Made by a program: the position numbers and the translations under genes
DNA from: an uncultured virus (IMG/VR IMGVR_UViG_2814123177_000001)
Taxonomy: Duplodnaviria > Heunggongvirae > Uroviricota > Caudoviricetes
Length of the DNA: 64,000 nucleotides
Virus record (IMG/VR): IMGVR_UViG_2814123177_000001
Reading direction: 5' to 3' (one strand)
Notes under the pieces: generated by a model
Seen by the model: only the letters and a program-made list of their open reading frames with translations
What the model was told of the DNA's origin: nothing
Databases searched by the model: none
In this document: piece by piece, positions 7,509-16,709 of the stretch
Position numbering within the stretch: the first letter of the stretch is position 1
How the letters are laid out: each line of letters starts with the position of its first letter

Positions 7509-10127
7509 TTACACCTCCCCGCTTGCTAGTAGTTTTTCAACCGTTTGCCAATGGCGCCCATACATTCGCGAATGCCTTTTCGTTAAGAATGAATTATCGT
7601 ATTGCTGCACACGTTGACTTGCCGGCGGTAACGCACGCATTAAGAACGCATTTTGCCTTCGACCTCCAAACCGTGCCAACACAATCGCATCGTACGCTTC
7701 GATTCGCAACGCTAAGTCAACGTCGAATGTCGGTTTCAATTGCGCTTCCAGCCGTTCGAACACCTTACGATTGTCATTGGCGAATAAGAACCAGTTAATG
7801 CCGCCGCTGATTAAATCGTCGTCTAGGCCGTATCGCAATAAATCGAAATGATGAAATGCGAATATGCCAGCGAGTCGCCACTTCGGTCCTTCGAGCACGA
7901 TACGTTGCATTAGCGCTTTAAGCCCTGGCGTTAGGAATTGATGCGGTTCGTTAAATACGATGAATGCGCCGCCGTCGTTCGGATCCATTAATAGCTTCGT
8001 CATGAATATTTTTAGCGTAATCCAATGAATCAATGTTTTCGCCGACAATGCGCCTAGTTTCCGATTCGGCACGCGTAATATAACGACCTTGCCCTCGCGT
8101 ATCCAATTTGCGAAATCAATATCCGCCGATGCTGGTTGCGCAAAAATACGGAACAACATATCGTCGCCAAGCATTTCGTCGAGCCGGTTGAGTATCGCGC
8201 TTGCTTTGCCGTCGATCGCCTTTTGACCGTCGCGTATTAACTTCGGATTGCCCTTTGCATCTACGCCCCATTCTGACGTGTATTTCTCGATGAATTCCGC
8301 AGTCCTTACGTTACCTTGTTGCCGTAGTTCATTCGCCTTTTCTGCACGATATCCCTCGTCTTCGAGCAATCGTTTAATCGCAAATAATGAGCCGCCACTT
8401 GCCTTCGCAAATTCTCGCAAGATTGCACGCGATTGCCCCATCGATTCCATGTCGCCAAAGAAGTCGATTAGTTCCTGCGCAAAACGATTCGCACCATTTG
8501 CGCCAAGCTGCTCGACTATTTCCGTAAGGTCCATCGGCACGGGGTATTCTGCGTCTGACAAATCGATATCAATTATGCGATCAGGCGGTAACGAATCCCG
8601 CACTCCGTCCGCAAATCCGCGTTCTCCGTCTTCCATTATTGCGTCGATAACAAACGAAGCTATGTCGTGCTGCAATGCGCCTTCAATGACGACATTTTTC
8701 GCTAATGTATCTTTACCCATTCGAGGCGCTCCGACTAACCCGTAACTGCGGAATGTTTCGTCGAGGTTGTTCGTCGGCAATCCAATCGGATACTGGATGC
8801 CCCGCACTTCGCTATGTCCGACGAGTATGCCGTTTATTTTACGGCGGTTTACAGGCAAATCAGCGCCTTTTCGCGTTATGTTACATTCGCCTATACTAAT
8901 GCGGATTCCTTCTATTTCGACATATTTTTGCGCTGGTTTATGTAGCATCACTTTTGGCAGGTCCGTTTCTACTCGGCGATTTGTTGCGAGTTCTTCTTCG
9001 TAACGTTGTTGCACGATTGCAGTCGGCATTTGTAGCGCTACTTTCGCCAGTTCATCGCATGATAGCAACGAAACGTCCCCGTCGGCTCTTGTTCGCGCGG
9101 AAAGATGCAGCGTATTTAATTCGTCGAGTATTTCTTGCTTACGCGCTTTCATGCGAACCTTAAACGGAACCAATTCGTTATTGCCCGCTAATTCCCCAAA
9201 CGCGCTACTTATCGTATTCGCTACGAGCTGACCGCGTAGAATTTCTTTCGTGCTAGCAACAACGCGAACGTGCGATTTCCAAACCGCTTGGTTTATTTTA
9301 TCGGCAGACTTGGCACTTAATTTATTCGCCTGGATTTCTTCGATCAATGCGTCGGGCTTATCAATTGCCTTGCGCTTTTCAAAGCCGCCAGCACTTTTAA
9401 AGAATACGTTACTGATTGCGTGTAGTGTGTCGTTTACAATATCGTATATTTCGTTTAACATCGTAGCGAGCGCCTTACCTAGCGTTTTATACGCCTTGTC
9501 TGCCGTTAGTTTAGCACGTTGTGGTACTTTGCCCTTCGTTAACTTTTCATGCGCATATGAGGCGTTCTGTGACCACTTACGACGGTCTAGCGTTTCGGAA
9601 CAAACGGACAGCCTTGCGTAATCTCCGTCTTCCGCAATATCATCGAGCGCGGTTAAAATTGAAGCGACCGGCGAAGTCTGTTCGGCTGCATTCGTTTGTA
9701 GAGCAAATATGTCATGGCGGGCAAGGCGCAGTTCATTCAGCGTTACTTCGTTCCCCGCCGGCACAACAAGCGCTGATTTGTCCGCAACTTCGACCGTTAC
9801 ATGCATAAAGTTTTCGACTATCTCGCGAAACTTCTTCGCCCATATTTGCGACGTACTGACGTAATACTCAACCGACTTCACGCCGGCAACCTGGCGAAAC
9901 ACTACGTCAAACCAAATCGTATCTTTCTCGCGCATCGTAAATCGAAATCCTTCGCGTGTTAAGCGCGTTGGCATGCGATCATATATTTCGTACATTTTAT
10001 GCAACACTCGCCACATCTTTGCGTTTTGATTATTCGTTACATTGCTGTGTGGCGTGATTCGGTACGTTATCATTTCGTTGCGTTGATAAGCGAAGAACTC
10101 GCGCAAGCTCATGCGTTGAGTAGCCAT
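7509..10127 (-). CDS. Large FtsK/HerA/VirB4-like P-loop ATPase
   Basis: Walker A-like GAPRMGKD, Walker B-like FIVFNEPHQ, IREGKVVILRVP; start set at MATQR overlapping the upstream gene. Confidence 0.7.
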   Translation of the reverse strand: MATQRMSLREFFAYQRNEMITYRITPHSNVTNNQNAKMWRVLHKMYEIYDRMPTRLTREGFRFTMREKDTIWFDVVFRQVAGVKSVEYYVSTSQIWAKKFREIVENFMHVTVEVADKSALVVPAGNEVTLNELRLARHDIFALQTNAAEQTSPVASILTALDDIAEDGDYARLSVCSETLDRRKWSQNASYAHEKLTKGKVPQRAKLTADKAYKTLGKALATMLNEIYDIVNDTLHAISNVFFKSAGGFEKRKAIDKPDALIEEIQANKLSAKSADKINQAVWKSHVRVVASTKEILRGQLVANTISSAFGELAGNNELVPFKVRMKARKQEILDELNTLHLSARTRADGDVSLLSCDELAKVALQMPTAIVQQRYEEELATNRRVETDLPKVMLHKPAQKYVEIEGIRISIGECNITRKGADLPVNRRKINGILVGHSEVRGIQYPIGLPTNNLDETFRSYGLVGAPRMGKDTLAKNVVIEGALQHDIASFVIDAIMEDGERGFADGVRDSLPPDRIIDIDLSDAEYPVPMDLTEIVEQLGANGANRFAQELIDFFGDMESMGQSRAILREFAKASGGSLFAIKRLLEDEGYRAEKANELRQQGNVRTAEFIEKYTSEWGVDAKGNPKLIRDGQKAIDGKASAILNRLDEMLGDDMLFRIFAQPASADIDFANWIREGKVVILRVPNRKLGALSAKTLIHWITLKIFMTKLLMDPNDGGAFIVFNEPHQFLTPGLKALMQRIVLEGPKWRLAGIFAFHHFDLLRYGLDDDLISGGINWFLFANDNRKVFERLEAQLKPTFDVDLALRIEAYDAIVLARFGGRRQNAFLMRALPPASQRVQQYDNSFLTKRHSRMYGRHWQTVEKLLASGEV

Positions 10128-10342
10128 ATAATCGCACCGCCTACGCCGACCGCCATTCGCCCAAGCCATTTCGGAACATCGCCCGTTATCATTATCATAA
10201 CGCCACAAACTAATACGACCCCTGCGCCTATTTCCGGCATAGTTGCCGTTAGGATTTCCGTTAAATGATTTGCGCCTTCTACTAACGCCTCGCCAATCGG
10301 TTTTAGTACAACCTTTTCGCTAAAATCTTCGAACCATCGCAT
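10109..10342 (-). CDS. Small two-TM membrane protein
   Basis: Two hydrophobic segments; RBS AAGGAGG. Confidence 0.7.
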   Translation of the reverse strand: MRWFEDFSEKVVLKPIGEALVEGANHLTEILTATMPEIGAGVVLVCGVMIMITGDVPKWLGRMAVGVGGAIIWLLNA

Positions 10343-10362
10343 TTCGTCCGCCTCCTTCGTAT

Positions 10363-10713
10363 TTACAACGCTTTAAGAAAATTACGCATATCAATCGCAT
10401 GCCTGGCGAGTATATAGCCGGCTGCCCCGCCGATTAACAATTCGAGTGCCTTCGTGCGGTGTCCGAACATCCACGACACGCCAGCGAATATAAATACGCC
10501 AACAACGATCCAGTCAACCGTATTCATAATTGCCGACCATATATTGCCGAACGTTGCGTCTGCCGTCGCTGCAAGCGCATGTCTTGGCGCCATAACTGCG
10601 AATAGTTTTCCGCCTAGCGCAATTACTTTATAAACGTTGGTGCCTTCGCTTCCTTTCAGTTCCGCCGGGCGCATAAACTCGCCAATAGTCCCGACCGTTT
10701 GTAACTTTCGCAT
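10363..10713 (-). CDS. VirB2/TrbC pilin-like membrane protein
   Basis: Leader ending in ALA-A, then two hydrophobic helices (WIVVGVFIFAGVSWMFG; LLIGGAAGYIL); start MRKLQ after GGAGG. Confidence 0.55.
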   Translation of the reverse strand: MRKLQTVGTIGEFMRPAELKGSEGTNVYKVIALGGKLFAVMAPRHALAATADATFGNIWSAIMNTVDWIVVGVFIFAGVSWMFGHRTKALELLIGGAAGYILARHAIDMRNFLKAL

Positions 10714-10729
10714 TTTTCTTCGCCTCCAT

Positions 10730-10759
10730 GAATACGTACGCGACTTAACGTACATACTA
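10730..10759 (+). promoter_or_regulatory. SigG-like (forespore) promoter
   Basis: GAATA-N18-CATACTA matches the B. subtilis sigG consensus GHATR-N17/18-CATAHTA. Confidence 0.55.
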
Positions 10760-10789
10760 TCATTATAACTAGCCGAAGGAGTGAGTCGC

Positions 10790-10855
10790 ATGAATTTTCT
10801 TATAGGCGCTGGCATTGGCGCATTAGTTGGATTGTTTACGTTGATTTTCGGCTGA
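10790..10855 (+). CDS. 21-aa hydrophobic peptide MNFLIGAGIGALVGLFTLIFG
   Basis: RBS AAGGAG; upstream sigG-like promoter; GxxxGxxxG motif. Confidence 0.55.
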   Translation: MNFLIGAGIGALVGLFTLIFG

Positions 10856-10862
10856 TTTACCG

Positions 10863-11081
10863 TTAGATAAGACCGTGCAGCATATCGATATTAACACCGC
10901 CGTCCTCCACATCATCCGTCTGCTGCTCGTTACTTATATGACCGCCTTCCATGTCGCGTTGAATTAACGACTTTATATACGCCGAGTAGTTCGAATATTG
11001 TAAAGTGTGTTCGTATAACTTGCGTTGGTACGGGTCGTTAATATTAAACGAGACGGGGCGGTTTTTAATTTGTTTTGGCAT
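10863..11081 (-). CDS. Ribbon-helix-helix DNA-binding protein (ParR-like)
   Basis: RPVSFN...NYSAYIKSLIQRDM with acidic tail; overlaps the parM stop. Confidence 0.65.
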   Translation of the reverse strand: MPKQIKNRPVSFNINDPYQRKLYEHTLQYSNYSAYIKSLIQRDMEGGHISNEQQTDDVEDGGVNIDMLHGLI

Positions 11082-11889
11082 ATACAGCGCTCCCTATTGC
11101 GTATGAGCCAACCGCATTAGCAAATATCGCGTCGAGCCTTTCGCCCTTAAACATCGGCGTTATTTTTCTAGCGTTCGGATAATACGCTTGTAATATTGGC
11201 GTAAGAACTGTTGCCGCTCCACCCACTACGTAAATTAAATCGCCAGGATTCCATTTCTTCGAAGTTTGCGTCACAACTCCGCGCACTAATTCGTTAGGGT
11301 CGGCGTTTTTAACCGTGTTCAGTCCGAACGGCAACGTAAAGGAATCGCGGTCGATGAATCGCTTATTATTAAACGTTGCGCAATTTACCGTGCCACCGCC
11401 GACATCAATCACGCGCACAATGCCCGCTCTAGGTTCCGCTAAGAAAGCCGCTCCGCCTTCCGCCGCAATTACTACGTCGTTAATGCGAAAAGTCCGCTCG
11501 ATATTATTCACCGCGATTTTGTGCTCGCCGATTAACATTGTCCGAATCGCTGCTTTTTCCGCATCGTCGTGTTTGCTTATCGGTTGATTTACGACGAGAT
11601 TATATACGTTCGATGCGCCGAGTCTATGTAACGCAATTAACACGCGCAACTTTGCGTCTACGTGCGCTTTACTTTCGCCCATGATTGCACCACCGTATTC
11701 GGATTCATAAAGCGCTAGTGTGCCAGCGAATCCTTTGCGTCCTTCATATTCGTAGATAATGTCGTCCTTGCCGTGCTTCTCCTTAATATTGCGCTCGCGG
11801 TATTCACCTATTGCGGACGGAAATCGATCCACTCCGTAAGCACTTACCGTTTTAACATCGCTATTTCCTGCGTCTACTGATACTATCAT
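11065..11889 (-). CDS. ParM/StbA-family actin-like ATPase
   Basis: VDAGNSDVK (phosphate 1), AEG, IDVGGGTVN (phosphate 2), VGGAA, ANAVG. Confidence 0.88.
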   Translation of the reverse strand: MIVSVDAGNSDVKTVSAYGVDRFPSAIGEYRERNIKEKHGKDDIIYEYEGRKGFAGTLALYESEYGGAIMGESKAHVDAKLRVLIALHRLGASNVYNLVVNQPISKHDDAEKAAIRTMLIGEHKIAVNNIERTFRINDVVIAAEGGAAFLAEPRAGIVRVIDVGGGTVNCATFNNKRFIDRDSFTLPFGLNTVKNADPNELVRGVVTQTSKKWNPGDLIYVVGGAATVLTPILQAYYPNARKITPMFKGERLDAIFANAVGSYAIGSAVYAKTN

Positions 11890-11913
11890 TTCGTTTCACC
11901 TCGCGTTAAAGTA

Positions 11914-11968
11914 CGGTTGATATCTAGTTGATAACCGATCGTTTTCGGTTGATACGTAGATGATAACC
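11914..11968. repeat. Two 23-bp direct repeats (parC-like/operator) upstream of parM
   Basis: CGGTTGATATCTAGTTGATAACC (11914) and CGGTTGATACGTAGATGATAACC (11946). Confidence 0.7.
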
Positions 11969-12040
11969 ACCGCCTACTTTAAATATACGTGAATTCACGT
12001 ACTCTATGCAAGTCCTAGTAAAAATATTCGCAAAATAAAC

Positions 12041-12076
12041 AAAAAAAACGCCGTCTATCTTTCGAGGTAGACGGCG
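12041..12076 (-). terminator. Intrinsic terminator
   Basis: CGCCGTCTACCT-CGAA-AGATAGACGGCG followed by T8. Confidence 0.75.
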
Positions 12077-12170
12077 CGTAGTTCTCCTACGGACGCTTTA
12101 TCGCGTTGCACTTACGCTAAAGCATATGCGGGCGCAGGCGAATTAATGCAAGTACCGGCGGATATTTTTA

Positions 12171-12473
12171 TTATTTCCAATCGATAACGGTCAATTGACG
12201 ACATTTTGAACACGTAAAATTTTCCGCTGTTTTTATAACTGGCGATTTCTTACCGCAATGAGGGCATGCGACTTTCTGCTTTCCCATTGCCGCGTAAATG
12301 ATTCCGAGCGACATTCCGAATAATCCAATCGCAGGCAATATGCCGATAATCGTTACAAATAATATGCACGAAATAAGTACGCCTAATCCTCCGACGATAA
12401 AGCCGATCATGCGCCCGACGAATCCCATTGCGCTACCTTTTTTGCGTTCTACTTCTATTCTTGATAACTCCAC
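12171..12473 (-). CDS. Membrane protein with C-terminal zinc ribbon
   Basis: Two TM helices, then CPHC...CSKC. Confidence 0.7.
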   Translation of the reverse strand: MELSRIEVERKKGSAMGFVGRMIGFIVGGLGVLISCILFVTIIGILPAIGLFGMSLGIIYAAMGKQKVACPHCGKKSPVIKTAENFTCSKCRQLTVIDWK

Positions 12474-12556
12474 TATTTCTCACGCCCCTTTTTCCGAATT
12501 ATACCATAAGAACGCAAAAAATAGGCGCATAGTTTTTATACTATACGCATCCCATT

Positions 12557-12967
12557 TTATTTGTTTTTTAAAGGTCCTGTAAAATCATAATCACCAGGTT
12601 GTGGTATTTCTAATAACTCTATTACCTCTTCGTACTTCTCTTTTTCTATATAACTTTTAATTTTATATAACTTAGTAAGATATGATTTGTTTACGTCTAG
12701 TTTTTTTAGTTCATTGATATAATTATCGGTGAAATCTATATAAGGCTTATTTACCTTCGAAGAATAATTAGTTAATTGCGATTTAGAGAACGCCAAAATC
12801 GTATTTTCATAAGCTGCGGATTCTCTTTCATCTAAAAATACGCTTTCCTCATTACTTTGTGTGTAGGGCTCACCTTCTACAACATTGCTCTTTTTTATAT
12901 CAGCTATTATAAATATAGCTATAGTTAGTGAGAAAATAATCAATATTTTATAGATATTCTTCATCAC
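12557..12967 (-). CDS. Exported or membrane-anchored hypothetical protein (AT-rich moron)
   Basis: N-terminal hydrophobic segment; low GC. Confidence 0.6.
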   Translation of the reverse strand: MMKNIYKILIIFSLTIAIFIIADIKKSNVVEGEPYTQSNEESVFLDERESAAYENTILAFSKSQLTNYSSKVNKPYIDFTDNYINELKKLDVNKSYLTKLYKIKSYIEKEKYEEVIELLEIPQPGDYDFTGPLKNK

Positions 12968-13061
12968 ACAACACGTCCTTTTTCCCTTATTTTACCTCTA
13001 TAACAATATGTACGCAAGAAAAAACAAAAAGTTTCGTTTTTTCTCGCTTTTTTTCGTTTAT

Positions 13062-13250
13062 TTATTCGTCTTTAAATCCGCTTCCGATTGAAGGGTTATT
13101 AATTACCCCTGCAAGGATTAATACGTAAAGGATTTTCTCTACGTATCCATTAAATACCGTCGTGTCCGGAATAAACCCGAAGTCCACCAATGCCATACCA
13201 ACAACCGCTGCCACTGCAATCCATAATGCGTAATTCTTAAAACGTTTCAT
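13062..13250 (-). CDS. Holin
   Basis: RFKNYALWIA...LILAGVINNPS, two TMs, next to endolysin. Confidence 0.8.
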   Translation of the reverse strand: MKRFKNYALWIAVAAVVGMALVDFGFIPDTTVFNGYVEKILYVLILAGVINNPSIGSGFKDE

Positions 13251-13276
13251 TCCGTTTCCTCCTTCGTTTGTTTGCG

Positions 13277-14422
13277 TTACTTGACTCGTAATTTTTGTCC
13301 GGGATAAATCGTATAGTCACTGTCGAGTTTATTCCACGCTTTGATTTGCGCAGAAGTTGACCCGTATTTAACCGCTAATTTAGATACAACGTCGCCCGAC
13401 TTAACGGTGTGATATTCCGCCTTTGCTGCCGATTTCTTTGCCGGCACTTTTAACTTTTGACCTGCGTAAATAACATTCGCATTTTTAATTCCGTTCAGCT
13501 TTTGCAATTCCGCAGTAGTCGTTCCGTGATTCGCGGCGATCTTACTCAAAGCATCGCCCGCTTTAACGACATATGTGTCGGTGCTGACTTTCGCTTGCGT
13601 CGTTTTCTTCGGCGCGCTAAATCGCAATTTCTGACCTGCAGCAATTACGTTTGGATTAGCGATATTGTTCCACGCAACTAAATTCGCAGTAGAAACGCCG
13701 AAGTCCGCCGCGATTTCGCCTAACGTGTCGCCTGCAACAACGGTATACGTGCCGTCGCTGTTTTTCTTGCGCTTAGACGCTGGCTTAGGAGCCGGCTTCT
13801 TTACGACTTCCGCTTCGACTTTCGTCGCCGGCGGTTTAACTACGCCCACTTTGCCGGTAAACCATTCGAGCGATTTATTGCCGTTTAGCTTGTTTAAGTC
13901 TACGCCACCATTTACGCCGCCAACTTTTCCGCTTTCGGTATACTGCCATAAGTCGCAAGGATAATCAGGCTTTTTCGTGCTATAGCGTGGAATCCACGTA
14001 AAGTCCAAGCCGTCCACTTTGTCGAGTCCCAGCGCTTTATACGTATGGTGTCCGAAGTAACCGCCGACTTTCTTAGCGCCTAGTTTACGTAACTCATCTA
14101 CATATGCTTGCGTTCCTGCCGTCATATCACCCATCGTTTTTACTTCGACGTCGGCGACCCAAAACAACGCATCTTTGTCGCCTCGTGCGTAGAAATCTTG
14201 CGCCTCTTTGCGCGCGTCGGCAACCGAAACAAATCGGCAAAATGCGTAGTGGCCAAACGGAATGCCTCGTTTCTTTGCTTCGGCGACATATGTTTTGTAT
14301 TCGCGGTCGATTACGGAACTACCGTCTTGTACGCGAATGATTACAAGCGCAACCTCTTTCGCGAATTTATCCCAATCGATTTTACCTTGCCAATGCGAAA
14401 TATCTACGATTTTTTTCGTCAT
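13277..14422 (-). CDS. Endolysin, GH25 muramidase with three LysM domains
   Basis: DISHWQG, DVE, WQYTESG; three YTV.GD-type LysM repeats. Confidence 0.92.
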   Translation of the reverse strand: MTKKIVDISHWQGKIDWDKFAKEVALVIIRVQDGSSVIDREYKTYVAEAKKRGIPFGHYAFCRFVSVADARKEAQDFYARGDKDALFWVADVEVKTMGDMTAGTQAYVDELRKLGAKKVGGYFGHHTYKALGLDKVDGLDFTWIPRYSTKKPDYPCDLWQYTESGKVGGVNGGVDLNKLNGNKSLEWFTGKVGVVKPPATKVEAEVVKKPAPKPASKRKKNSDGTYTVVAGDTLGEIAADFGVSTANLVAWNNIANPNVIAAGQKLRFSAPKKTTQAKVSTDTYVVKAGDALSKIAANHGTTTAELQKLNGIKNANVIYAGQKLKVPAKKSAAKAEYHTVKSGDVVSKLAVKYGSTSAQIKAWNKLDSDYTIYPGQKLRVK

Positions 14423-14634
14423 TATTCTTCGTCCTTTCCGCCGCTTAGTCGGCTTTTAATATCGCGAAGCTCGTCAATTACAACGTCATATTTATCGCTA
14501 AATTTTTCGAGCAAATCATGCAGGCGGGCTTCGCGCTCGGTATTGCGTTTCATTACGTAAAAAAGGAGCCATACGAATAACACTGCGAATGGCCCCTGCG
14601 TGATAAAAAATTCCGTTACATTTATTCCGTCCAT
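14422..14634 (-). CDS. BhlA/UviB-family holin-like protein
   Basis: [24 protein letters not shown]. Confidence 0.85.
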   Translation of the reverse strand: MDGINVTEFFITQGPFAVLFVWLLFYVMKRNTEREARLHDLLEKFSDKYDVVIDELRDIKSRLSGGKDEE

Positions 14635-14655
14635 GCTACACCGCCTTTCTGAACG

Positions 14656-14832
14656 TTATTCTTCAACTTTTACTACTGATTTAACGTCAATTCGCGAAAT
14701 AATTACATCCCCGAATAACACAGTAATAATCGAGTTATTATTTATATCTGCATTTATTTGTACCGGGTCGTATTCTGCAACTTCACTTCTATAAACCTCA
14801 CCGCTATGTGTTTTAATTTCCAATTTAATCAT
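14656..14832 (-). CDS. Small phage protein (58 aa, MIKLEIKTHSG...), not in the ORF track
   Basis: ATG overlaps the stop of the tail gene; open frame fills the gap before the holin. Confidence 0.65.
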   Translation of the reverse strand: MIKLEIKTHSGEVYRSEVAEYDPVQINADINNNSIITVLFGDVIISRIDVKSVVKVEE

Positions 14833-16703
14833 CAATAATCGCCTCCCCCGCGGCTTTGTAAGAACACTTGCGAAAATACTTGCGCTGTAATCCGTGCAAG
14901 TTTGTTCGGTTTAATTTGAATCGTATGCCATCCGCGAGTAACCTTTCCGCTTGAATCTACGTCAAGATACGGAATTAAATCGATAAGATCCGCGCTTGTC
15001 GATGTAACTGGAACGATGTTTCCGTCGACTATTATTTGCACCGCGGTTGCTACTTCGTCCAACTCGAAAATACCAAAATCGATACCGTGCGTATGATTTG
15101 GCAACGTAATTTCATGCGTATGATTCGGTACAGTAACAGTGTGGGTATGATTAGGAACGTCGAATTCATGTGTATGATTCGGTATCGTGACACTGTGGGT
15201 ATGATTTCCGCTAGATCCTGCTGTGTAAATATCTCCACCGCTTCCCTCTACCTCAATAATGCCTCCACCATTAGCTCCTCGATATCTAGTAGGTTGAACA
15301 GGACCCACGTAATCGGCTGCCGTTAAGACTAAATGGTTATGATCTCCACCAGCTCCGGAAGATTCTACATTACCTCCACCACTTGCAGTCGATTTACTAA
15401 CTCCCCCGCCGCTTGAACTTGTTTGTGTTGAACCCCCTCCGGCACTAGTTGTATCCACCGAAGCACCTCCGCCTTTAATTGCGCGTTCGTAGGCACGGAA
15501 TTTATCGGTCTTATGCGACATAACAAGCTTGTTTATACGCACCAACTCATCCGGCAAATAAAATTTAATCTCCGCAGGATTGTCGGGATCGGCATTATCC
15601 GCAAAATTATGCGAATCGATATTCGTCGCACCTTGCGCATAAACTTCGTTGATTTCGCGCGATCTTTCCAAGCCGGCGATCGAATCGGCAATATCCTCGT
15701 ATTTATTCGCAATTTCTAACGATACATCTTCCGGCGTACCTCTTACATCGCTTCGAGACTCGCTCACAATTCGCTGTTCGAATGTGCCGAAATCCGGGTC
15801 AATAATTCGTACGACTTTCCCGCATCTAAACTCGTCTGAACTAACGCCGGTAATCTTCGATAAGTCGGCAGCCGTTACGCTATACATTAATCTTGGCGTG
15901 CTTGATTGTTTCAATAACGCCTTTACCGTCGCAAATAAAGTCTCCGCATCTTCTACTGCGGTATCCGCATATACATACGATTTGAGACCGTATTTTTCGA
16001 TCGATGCGTTATCTTCTACGTAAGGCTTACCGCCGTTTACTTTTTCGATGGTTAATTGATTTATACCCTCACCGTAACCTAATGCGTAAATCCGATTCGT
16101 TATATTGCTTGGATCATCTTCGCGTGTAATTCCGATAAGATTTTTCGCGTACCTAATTTCGCAAGTAGGCGTGCTGCTTGGCTTAATTAAATTCAACGTC
16201 CACGGATACGAAGATGTGTCGTATGTCCATTCGTAATTTTCATCGAATGGTTCCGCGATAGAATGTATCGGACCTAATAATCCGTTCTCATTTTCCCATT
16301 TATAGGCGAAATACTTTTCGAAAGCACACTCGCCAAGAACCCAATTCTTTGTTGTTTGGTGCGAAAGAATATATTCGATATTGTAGCGCGTTGTGCGATT
16401 CGTCGTTTGATGGTAGCGAAATAGCACATCGTCGAGCAACGTAGCGAGAACGTGTTCCAATTCGAATGTTATTGCGCTTGTGCTTTCGTTTCGTTGCGCT
16501 GAATTAGGCATAATTCGAAATAACCCGTAGTCAGGAATATCGACGTAATAGAACGGTTTACACTCCGCCACTTTCGGATCATTTAACGGCAAAGAAAAAG
16601 AAGCCGACGGAATTTCGTTCAGCTTCTTATCATAGGATACTGCGTATGCATTTTCGAGATATGCGACCGGTTGTTGGTCTGTGTTTAAAACTTTCAGGAG
16701 CAA
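14832..16703 (-). CDS. Tail tip / baseplate hub protein (prophage endopeptidase-tail type) with NHTH repeats
   Basis: N-terminal AYLENA...TNRIYALGYGEG; Gly/Ser repeats; five 9-aa NHTH repeats. Confidence 0.8.
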   Translation of the reverse strand: MLLKVLNTDQQPVAYLENAYAVSYDKKLNEIPSASFSLPLNDPKVAECKPFYYVDIPDYGLFRIMPNSAQRNESTSAITFELEHVLATLLDDVLFRYHQTTNRTTRYNIEYILSHQTTKNWVLGECAFEKYFAYKWENENGLLGPIHSIAEPFDENYEWTYDTSSYPWTLNLIKPSSTPTCEIRYAKNLIGITREDDPSNITNRIYALGYGEGINQLTIEKVNGGKPYVEDNASIEKYGLKSYVYADTAVEDAETLFATVKALLKQSSTPRLMYSVTAADLSKITGVSSDEFRCGKVVRIIDPDFGTFEQRIVSESRSDVRGTPEDVSLEIANKYEDIADSIAGLERSREINEVYAQGATNIDSHNFADNADPDNPAEIKFYLPDELVRINKLVMSHKTDKFRAYERAIKGGGASVDTTSAGGGSTQTSSSGGGVSKSTASGGGNVESSGAGGDHNHLVLTAADYVGPVQPTRYRGANGGGIIEVEGSGGDIYTAGSSGNHTHSVTIPNHTHEFDVPNHTHTVTVPNHTHEITLPNHTHGIDFGIFELDEVATAVQIIVDGNIVPVTSTSADLIDLIPYLDVDSSGKVTRGWHTIQIKPNKLARITAQVFSQVFLQSRGGGDY

Positions 16704-16709
16704 TCTTAA

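Noticed and set aside
7509..11889. Complete conjugation (ICE) system
   Set aside because: No relaxase, coupling protein, VirB6-like or cell-wall hydrolase gene recognisable in the window
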